Shown here piece by piece: positions 25,690-32,000 of a stretch of DNA of 32,000 nt. The stretch is from NCBI RefSeq assembly GCF_000981785.2, contig NZ_CP011304.1, positions 3,120,001 to 3,152,000 on the forward strand, in the 5' to 3' direction. The translations under genes and the position numbers were made by a program. Position 1 is the first letter of the stretch. Every line of letters begins with the position of its first letter. Under the pieces are notes generated by a model. That model did not search any database, was not told the DNA's origin, and was given only the letters and a program-made list of their open reading frames with translations. Origin of the DNA: Microcystis aeruginosa NIES-2549 (GTDB lineage Bacteria; Cyanobacteriota; Cyanobacteriia; Cyanobacteriales; Microcystaceae).

Positions 25690-26127
25690 TAATAATGTAT
25701 ATCTTGCCAGAGAGCGCAATCAGTAATGTTTTGGAAATATTTGATATTTTTGCTGGCAATAATAACCCGACGACTGGGATATTTTTCTTTGAGTAGAGAC
25801 CATTGAGCCGATAGGATACAATCTATATCAATATTTTCTTTAACTTTTCAGCCCAAAGATAAGCGGCTTTTTGTAGTAAAATAAAACTGATTTTCTGAAA
25901 CTTAATTACATTCCTTAACTTATCTAATTCTTGCACGCTTTTACTTCTCGTCTAACCTCATAATCACATAGATCAGATGAAGTCAGAAAAGCTCCTCTTG
26001 CCAGCAGACGATAAAACCATTCGGTACATTGATAAACTTCTGTAAATAACTTTTGATCTTCTGGCCAGTCTTCACCGATCGGGGTTACTAATAAGCTTAA
26101 AATGTTAGAGTCCAGAATTACAATCAC
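25689..26127 (-). pseudogene. PIN-domain (VapC-like) toxin gene disrupted by an in-frame TAG and two frame changes
   Basis: Frame a: MIVILDSNILSLLV…DYEVRREVKACKN-TAG (25924-25926). Frame b resumes …ELDKLRNVIKFQKISFILLQKAAYLWAEKLKK. Frame c resumes …KENIDIDCILSAQWSLLKEKYPSRRVIIASKNIKYFQNITDCALWQDIHY, with the stop at 25689-25691. The PIN acidic positions are recognisable across the three frames (D in LDSN, E in YEVRRE, D in DIDCILSAQ, N in ASKN). Confidence 0.7.
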
Positions 26128-26131
26128 TCTT

Positions 26132-26614
26132 TTAATCCCATCCCTTAACTTTTCTCAGATTTTCTAACTGTTCTAAGCGAGATTTTGCCCATGCTATCGC
26201 TGGCTGATTTTTTTGTTTCTGCACTTGATCAGTATCGGATTTATTCGAGGTATAAAAGTCTGTCCAATTGAGAGGTTTAGTTTCTTGATTTTCGTATTCT
26301 TGTATTTGCCAGAGGATTGCTCTAGCCGTATTCTTTAAAGAGATTAAAACTTGCTTAAACTGACTTGTTTTCTCTGGTTGCAAGCTAGGATCATCTAAAA
26401 AAGCCTTGGCGATCATCTTAAAAGATTCTAGGTAGTTGTGGGGAAAATAGCCAATATATTTTTCTATTATTATCTCTGAGAGTATGGTAAGACCGAAGCA
26501 AATACGATTATATTGAGCGGATTTATCTGTTGATTTTAACGAAGCATCTAACATTATTTTCTTCACTCGAATTAACTCGATAAAACCCTGTAAATAATTA
26601 TCATAATATGCCAT
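26132..26614 (-). CDS. hypothetical protein, 160 aa, no recognisable family; occupies the antitoxin slot 4 nt upstream of the PIN pseudogene
   Basis: Intact ORF with an ATG start and a helical-looking sequence. I see no RHH, HTH, AbrB or Phd motif. Confidence 0.6.
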   Translation of the reverse strand: MAYYDNYLQGFIELIRVKKIMLDASLKSTDKSAQYNRICFGLTILSEIIIEKYIGYFPHNYLESFKMIAKAFLDDPSLQPEKTSQFKQVLISLKNTARAILWQIQEYENQETKPLNWTDFYTSNKSDTDQVQKQKNQPAIAWAKSRLEQLENLRKVKGWD

Positions 26615-26683
26615 TTTTTTAAGCTATCAGCAGACAAAAATTCACCATACTTAGCTTGAAATTCTCTTGTTATTGGTTGATAT

Positions 26684-26917
26684 TCAAGAGAATAAATATT
26701 CTCCGCTTGAGGTGGAGTTTGAGCTGCTCTGATTTTTTCTATAACTATCGTCTAATTCTAGAAAAATTCCCTCGGCATTGAGGACTAGATCTTCATCAGA
26801 TAAGGGCGGAAAATCCAGGTGAATTGTCCGCTTCAGAATCTCTAATAGCAAATCTGAGCGCTCTGAGTCTGTCAAGCGGTCAAAGGTATCTAAAAGTTCC
26901 TGAACTATAGCAGTCAT
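26684..26917 (-). CDS. small acidic hypothetical protein (77 aa), antitoxin-like in composition
   Basis: I prefer the ATG at 26915-26917 (MTAIVQELLDTFDRL…) over the TTG at 26941. By my count it has 16 D/E against 6 K/R. The tail is Ser-rich. Confidence 0.55.
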   Translation of the reverse strand: MTAIVQELLDTFDRLTDSERSDLLLEILKRTIHLDFPPLSDEDLVLNAEGIFLELDDSYRKNQSSSNSTSSGEYLFS

Positions 26918-26968
26918 AGCAGTTACTCTATATCTGCTCAATACTATAACACAAGCTTAACAAGGAGC

Positions 26969-27400
26969 TTAGTCATTCCTTGACAGCCCCAATAAATTCT
27001 GAATGTAAGTTTGGAATCCCCCCAAACCGCCATCGTCATTCCAACGCTGTCTGAAGGTTGGTAACTTCTCCAATTCCATCACATTCCCACCCTGATACCT
27101 GACTCGATAATCAAACATCGCATCTGCTTTTGCTGATACAGGTGGATTATCAAAATCAATAGCCCAAAGCACCTCAACGCCAATTTCACGTTTGGCTTTG
27201 CAGTCGAGAACTTTTACTAAATGGGTAACATACCCTCGCTGTCTGAGTAGTATCAAACTACCTTTTTCGGGTTTATTGGCATTGACTTCATCGTCTTTCC
27301 ATGCCAGTTTGAAGGAATTAGAAACCTTATATTCCCGATATGCCCATGTACCATCGTGTCGCCTGACATTTTTAGTCCACTTCAGAGCTTGTAAATCCAT
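26969..27400 (-). CDS. hypothetical protein, 143 aa, no recognisable family
   Basis: Intact ORF whose ATG lies 27 nt after the fbp stop. The N-terminus is rich in K, R and W. The strand pair KGSLILLRQRGYVTHLVKVLD is only vaguely reminiscent of PUA-like (EVE/ASCH) barrels. Confidence 0.6.
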   Translation of the reverse strand: MDLQALKWTKNVRRHDGTWAYREYKVSNSFKLAWKDDEVNANKPEKGSLILLRQRGYVTHLVKVLDCKAKREIGVEVLWAIDFDNPPVSAKADAMFDYRVRYQGGNVMELEKLPTFRQRWNDDGGLGGFQTYIQNLLGLSRND

Positions 27401-27427
27401 GTCAATATCTCTAAATAAAACTATAAG

Positions 27428-28474
27428 TTAAACTCGATCGCGATGACGACGATCAGCGATAAAAGACTCTACCAATTTAACATCTTCGACACTACCGATC
27501 ACTAAAGGTGTGCGGTAGTGTAATTTATCGGGAACGATATCTAAAAGATTTGTCACCCCATCACTAGCTTTACCTCCTGCCTGTTCAATTAAAAAAGCAA
27601 GGGGGGCAGTTTCATAAATTAAGCGCAATTTTCCCTGGGGATTTTTAACAGTACCAGGATAGAGAAAAACGCCTCCCTGCATTAAAATTCGATGGATATC
27701 TCCCACTAATGCCCCACTGTAACGGGCCGTGTAACCATCATGACGGTGAACATAACGAGTATAGTCGCGAATTGCCTCATCCCACTGCCAAAAATTGCCC
27801 TCATTGGTACTATAAATCGGGCCATGGTCGGGGATAATAATATTCTCTTGGGCGAGGATAAATTCCCCTAGACTGGGGTCAAGGACAAAGGCATGAACAC
27901 CGCGACCGATCGAGTAAACTAAAATAGTCGAGGGTCCGTAGAGAATATAACCGGCGGCGATTTGTTGACGACCATTTTGCAGTAAATCCCGCGCCTCTCC
28001 GTCTAAATCATTGCCTTCCTGTTGACGGATGGCAAAAATCGAACCCACATTTAGGTTAATATCCACATTGGAAGAACCATCGATCGGGTCGTAGAGTAGG
28101 GTATAGCGACCGATGGGACAGTTTTCCGGGATATAATAGGGTTTATCCATTTCCTCGGAAGCAAGACGGCAAACTAAACCACTTTGCTTAAAAACCGAGA
28201 TAAATACTTCATTGGCAAAAACGTCCATTTTCTTGACCGATTCCCCTTGGACGTTGGTTTCTCCGGTAAAACCTAGCACATCCGCCATTAATCCCGCTTT
28301 ACTGAGACGACGGGCAATTAATTTTCCCGCTAGGGCAATTCGACTCATAATTGCGCTTAAATCCTGCGCGTCGGGGGAAAAACTTTGTAGTTGTTGCAGG
28401 ACGTGACGGGAGAGGGTGGTACAATCTCGATCGAGGCTATGTTCGGGGATAGAAAAGGGAATATTGCTAACCAT
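27428..28474 (-). CDS. fbp: class 1 fructose-1,6-bisphosphatase
   Basis: The metal-binding motif [12 protein letters not shown] and the motif GKLRLIYE are present. I prefer the ATG at 28472-28474 (348 aa, [29 protein letters not shown]…); the 17-aa upstream extension is hydrophobic and non-homologous. Confidence 0.92.
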   Translation of the reverse strand: MVSNIPFSIPEHSLDRDCTTLSRHVLQQLQSFSPDAQDLSAIMSRIALAGKLIARRLSKAGLMADVLGFTGETNVQGESVKKMDVFANEVFISVFKQSGLVCRLASEEMDKPYYIPENCPIGRYTLLYDPIDGSSNVDINLNVGSIFAIRQQEGNDLDGEARDLLQNGRQQIAAGYILYGPSTILVYSIGRGVHAFVLDPSLGEFILAQENIIIPDHGPIYSTNEGNFWQWDEAIRDYTRYVHRHDGYTARYSGALVGDIHRILMQGGVFLYPGTVKNPQGKLRLIYETAPLAFLIEQAGGKASDGVTNLLDIVPDKLHYRTPLVIGSVEDVKLVESFIADRRHRDRV

Positions 28475-28670
28475 AACTGTAATTGCCAGTAATAAAGTAA
28501 AAAAGGAAAACCCGTCTAGTCTCAATTATGACTATGATTTGATCCTAGCCAAGATTTTCCCTATTGTTGGCCAATTTTTGGATCAGTTTCATAAGTTGGC
28601 TAATTTTTCTCTCATTGATCATTAAATTTTGGTCAATAAGTAGCTGGTTATAATTAAATTGAAGATGGAT

Positions 28671-28757
28671 CCCCCCTTAATCCTAGGGTTGATTCCGGGT
28701 AGGGTTGATTCAAGGTAGGGTTGATTCATGAATCAACCCTACCCTTGATAAGGGGGG
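28671..28757. repeat. composite palindromic element: three direct copies and one inverted copy of TAGGGTTGATTC at a 16-bp period, inside a CCCCCCTTA / TAAGGGGGG inverted repeat
   Basis: The direct 12-mers are at 28684-28695, 28700-28711 and 28716-28727, and the inverted copy is at 28730-28741. The central hairpin arms are 28711-28728 and 28729-28747. The outer IR is 28671-28679 / 28749-28757. Confidence 0.9.
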
Positions 28758-28802
28758 TGTCTGACAGTTTTTAACACCTAACTACTTACTTGCCATCTCA
28801 AT

Positions 28803-29585
28803 TTAAGTCGATGGGGATACACCGGGCAAGCGTTTATATTTCAAGTAATAGGCAAAACTTGTTAATAAAACAATAATTATTGTGCCGATACCTAAATAGT
28901 TAGGAACCCAAAAAGCCGCCGCAATGGTGTTAATTTCTCCCGGTTTTAAATGCCAAATTAACTGATTATCAACTTGTTCTACTGGGGGATTTAATCCTGA
29001 GTCATCTTCAATATTTTGACCAGCTAAGGGAGTCTTTAAAGCGAAGTCGATATCGACTAAAGAACCGGGACTAATGATAATATTTCCCTGTTCGGAAAGT
29101 ACACCTAAAGCCCGCAGATCAACGGTTAATTTTAAGTTTTTCTGGGTCAAAAAGAACCAATCTTGTTCTGTAACTGCCAGTTTTGAATCTAGTTGCAGTA
29201 ACTTTATATCATCGGTATTAGCAGAATTTTTGATTTTAAAGGAAGAACTAGGATCAAAAAATTGATTGAATTTTTCCTCTAATTCCTGACTATTACTAAA
29301 GGGAATAGTCACGATTATTTCTCGTTCGGAAATAGGAGCGGTTTTCCCCTTAAGTAATTTTGCCCTCTGTTCGATACTATTTAACCATTTAGTGGCTTCG
29401 GTTTGACTGAGACTGGTTAAGCGTTGTCCGAGGGTGATATGTTGAATAATTTCCCCGTGGTGTTGGTGGGGAAAATTAATGCCCACATCGTAACGGACAC
29501 AGCCAGTTAAAAAGAGAAAAATACCGCATAAAAAGGGCAGAATAAAGCGGGTTTTCCCGATTTTTTCGGTGGTTGGTTGATTCAT
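28803..29585 (-). CDS. conserved cyanobacterial lipoprotein/membrane protein (DUF3153-like)
   Basis: 260 aa with the lipobox LFLTGC, then VRYDVGINFPHQHHGEIIQHITL, and a C-terminal TM helix. The family assignment is from memory of the motif. The ATG lies 2 nt after the rnr stop. Confidence 0.65.
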   Translation of the reverse strand: MNQPTTEKIGKTRFILPFLCGIFLFLTGCVRYDVGINFPHQHHGEIIQHITLGQRLTSLSQTEATKWLNSIEQRAKLLKGKTAPISEREIIVTIPFSNSQELEEKFNQFFDPSSSFKIKNSANTDDIKLLQLDSKLAVTEQDWFFLTQKNLKLTVDLRALGVLSEQGNIIISPGSLVDIDFALKTPLAGQNIEDDSGLNPPVEQVDNQLIWHLKPGEINTIAAAFWVPNYLGIGTIIIVLLTSFAYYLKYKRLPGVSPST

Positions 29586-29587
29586 AA

Positions 29588-31840
29588 TTAATCTTCTTCT
29601 AAGTCGTCATAACTTGCTGAACTGCCACCGCTAACCGTAACTAGATCGATTTGCTGACGATAATAGTCTACATCTTTTACCTCCACTTCTACCTCATCAC
29701 CGAGACGATAGGCGACGCGATTTTTCCGTCCTACCAAACAGCTATGACGGGCGCGATATTCGTACCAGTCATCCTTGAGAGAAGAAACATGAACCAATCC
29801 TTCCACTAATAAATCGGAAATTTCCACGAAGAAACCATAGGATTGTACACCGGTAATTAAGCCGCGAAAAACTTGACCCATTCTTTCTTTCATTTTCTCA
29901 GCTTTTTTCAATCCTTCTAGGTCTTTTTCGGCATCTTCAGCAATTTTTGAGCGATCATTGAGATGGGAAACAATGAGGTGACTTTCTTCTTCTAACTCCT
30001 CCTGAATTTGACTTGGGAGAATATTCCAATTAATCTGTCCATGACAGCTATTACTGCCCAAATTAACCCCGACTTTGACGATTTTGCTGCGGCGATCTTT
30101 CCCCTCGGTTAATAGGAGTTTTAACACCCGTTGTACCCAAAGATCGGCATATCTTTGCAGGGGGGAGAGACAGTGGGTATAATTGCTAGGATAGGCCAAA
30201 CCAAAATGGGGTAGAGGATGGCTGCTATATCTAACTAATTTGAGAGTTTCTTGCAGGAGATAATTGAGGACTTTCACCGATGAGGAAGCGGAAAAAGTGC
30301 GGGTGAGATTTTGATAGTCATTGGGTTTAATCTCCTCCTCGGCAGTTAAATTTAATTCTGCCCCTAAATTATTGGCTAATTTGAGTAAATCCTCCAATTC
30401 ATCCCAATCCGGTTCCGATTGTCCGCAGTAGATACAGGGCAAGTGTAAAGCTTGCAAATGTTCAGCGACGACTTTGCCGGCTAAAATTGCCACTTCTGTC
30501 AGTAAAGAACGGGCTGGTAAATTATTAGAAGCGAGAACAGTCCCCCCCCGTCCTTCGTCTTTATAGGGAGAGATTTTGTCTAATTGAATATCAAAACTAC
30601 CCCGCTGCAGACGTTGGGATTTTAGGGTGGGGCAAACGCTAAAAAATAAATCTTTCAGGGTTTCAACGGTATCAGTGGGGGCAGCTTCGCTATCTTCTTC
30701 ACTGAGCAGATCGCGCACCTGTTGATAGGTAAAATGTTGATCCACTTGGATGAGGCTGCGGGTGATTTCGTACTCCATTAGATCACCCTTGTCATCGAGG
30801 GTGACGAGGATAGAGATAGCGGGGCGCTGTTCTTGCGGTGACAGGGAACAACGACTGGTAACGGCAGCCGGGACTAATGGCAGCACTTTTTCGCCTAAAT
30901 AGACGGCAGTTCCCCGTTTTTTGGCAACTTTATCCAATAATCCACCCCGTTCAATGTAACGGACTACATCGCTGATATGAATGGCGACTCGCCAGCGATT
31001 TTGGTTGATTTTCTCCAAGGAAAAGGCATTTTCGATGATTGGGGGATAATCCAGGGGGGTGTCATCTTCGATGGTAAAGGTGAAGAGTTGGGTTAAATCT
31101 CGCAGTTGTTCTTTTTCGCCACTATCGAAGAAATCCGCTAAATTATCGGCAATTTCTAGGGCTTCTGGCGGAAAATTATGGGGTAGATCGTGTTTACAGG
31201 AGACGATATCCGTGTCGGCAGCGGCCTCGGCCGTGGAACCGAGAATGCGAGTAACTTTGCCGATGGGAGGCATTTCCCCTAGGGGATAACGGAGGACGGA
31301 AACATGAACGAGGTGATCGATGTTTTCTAGGAGATTTTGACCATTTTCGAGGAGATTAAGGGTAAATTTCAGACGATCATCGAGGGGAACCGCCACAAAC
31401 TGCTCATTTTCCTGTTTTACTTGCGCTAGAAGCGAAGGATTAGCTCGTTCGAGAATTAATCTCACCTCTCCTTCCGGGGAACGACGACGGGTCCCCTCGC
31501 GGATGATTTTGACTAAAACTCGATCGCCATTCCAAGCGTTACTGAGATGATTTTTCGAGACGTAGATGTCATCAGCATCTTCGATATCTTGGATAGCAAA
31601 GCAAAATTCTTTACTGGAACAGCGCAGCTTTGCTTCTACGATATTTTCCTCGATCACGCGACGATAGCGCCCGCGTTCTTTGACAACCATTCCCAGACGT
31701 TCCAAAGCATCGAGAATCACTTGCAATTTTTCGCAGCTTTCGGGATCGTCTTCGCAGCCTAGTTTTTTTTCGAGAATTTTACCCGTAGCTAATTTATCAT
31801 CACTAAGATGAGAGAGGAGTGTGGCGATCGAGAAGTCCAT
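29588..31840 (-). CDS. rnr: ribonuclease R / RNase II-family 3'-5' exoribonuclease with C-terminal S1 domain
   Basis: 750 aa with an N-terminal winged-helix-like region, cold-shock-like segments, a central RNB region and an S1 domain (FRGLITGVQSYGFFVEISDLLVEGLVHVSSL). Confidence 0.88.
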   Translation of the reverse strand: MDFSIATLLSHLSDDKLATGKILEKKLGCEDDPESCEKLQVILDALERLGMVVKERGRYRRVIEENIVEAKLRCSSKEFCFAIQDIEDADDIYVSKNHLSNAWNGDRVLVKIIREGTRRRSPEGEVRLILERANPSLLAQVKQENEQFVAVPLDDRLKFTLNLLENGQNLLENIDHLVHVSVLRYPLGEMPPIGKVTRILGSTAEAAADTDIVSCKHDLPHNFPPEALEIADNLADFFDSGEKEQLRDLTQLFTFTIEDDTPLDYPPIIENAFSLEKINQNRWRVAIHISDVVRYIERGGLLDKVAKKRGTAVYLGEKVLPLVPAAVTSRCSLSPQEQRPAISILVTLDDKGDLMEYEITRSLIQVDQHFTYQQVRDLLSEEDSEAAPTDTVETLKDLFFSVCPTLKSQRLQRGSFDIQLDKISPYKDEGRGGTVLASNNLPARSLLTEVAILAGKVVAEHLQALHLPCIYCGQSEPDWDELEDLLKLANNLGAELNLTAEEEIKPNDYQNLTRTFSASSSVKVLNYLLQETLKLVRYSSHPLPHFGLAYPSNYTHCLSPLQRYADLWVQRVLKLLLTEGKDRRSKIVKVGVNLGSNSCHGQINWNILPSQIQEELEEESHLIVSHLNDRSKIAEDAEKDLEGLKKAEKMKERMGQVFRGLITGVQSYGFFVEISDLLVEGLVHVSSLKDDWYEYRARHSCLVGRKNRVAYRLGDEVEVEVKDVDYYRQQIDLVTVSGGSSASYDDLEED

Positions 31841-32000
31841 CTGACAATAATCCTTACTTACAAGACACTGACGGAATCGTGAATAATTAAGTTTAAATAC
31901 TTAATAATGAGAAGGTGGATTGAAACCATTGACTCCAGAGATTATCTCTATCGGGGTAATTGCGATCGCTGGTGGTGACAGTGAGGGTAAACTGACCAAG

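Noticed and set aside
25608-25796. 62-aa plus-strand ORF upstream of mrpC
   Set aside because: It is the antisense shadow of the C-terminal fragment of the PIN pseudogene, which reads sensibly on the minus strand.
25689-27400. Low GC as proof of horizontal origin of the cassette
   Set aside because: Hand counts show the cassette at about 35-37% GC, but the neighbouring mrp membrane-protein genes are similar (about 37% for line 23401-23460). Composition is suggestive at best and was not used as primary evidence.
28475-28525. 17-aa N-terminal extension of fbp, and similarly 18326-18379 for the DUF29 gene
   Set aside because: The extensions are non-homologous. The internal ATGs reproduce the conserved family N-termini.
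31895-32000. Open reading at the right window edge (several frames open on both strands)
   Set aside because: About 100 nt is open in more than one frame, with no recognisable motif or clear start. No gene can be called.

Overview
The window looks like cyanobacterial chromosome. HIP1 palindromes (GCGATCGC) occur at 89-96, 1084-1091 and 31962-31969, the gene content is cyanobacterial, and heptamer arrays and miniature IS derivatives are dense. The style resembles Microcystis, but that is inference. Most of the window is recognisable housekeeping. It includes an OmpR-type regulator, a creatininase-family gene, glcD, a 2H phosphoesterase and a YciI gene. A ribosomal/RNAP block runs infA-rpmJ-rpsM-rpsK-rpoA-rplQ-truA-rplM-rpsI-rpmE; rpmJ is absent from the supplied ORF track. 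Further along are a GT-like/sulfotransferase pair, an ABC ATPase, TPR/HEAT proteins, a DUF29 gene, a group-2 sigma factor, a stand-alone hoxH, a seven-gene mrp (CDEFG-A-B) operon, fbp, and an rnr-DUF3153-like pair. No rRNA, tRNA or CRISPR array was found. The parts worth a second look are: (1) a 1.7-kb four-gene cassette of unknown proteins plus a decayed PIN gene, wedged between fbp and mrp (25689-27400); (2) an intact hoxH with no hydrogenase partner anywhere in the window; (3) an mrp cluster with only one antiporter-like (D) subunit; (4) a rich layer of small repeats, including heptamer arrays that put stop codons in all three frames, inverted array pairs bracketing inserted elements, ISL3-derived miniature elements, G-rich hairpin/G4-prone blocks and an iteron-like 16-bp-period array upstream of fbp. 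I cannot show that any of these is a new system. The cassette is the best candidate, and it needs structure and homology searches that I cannot run here.
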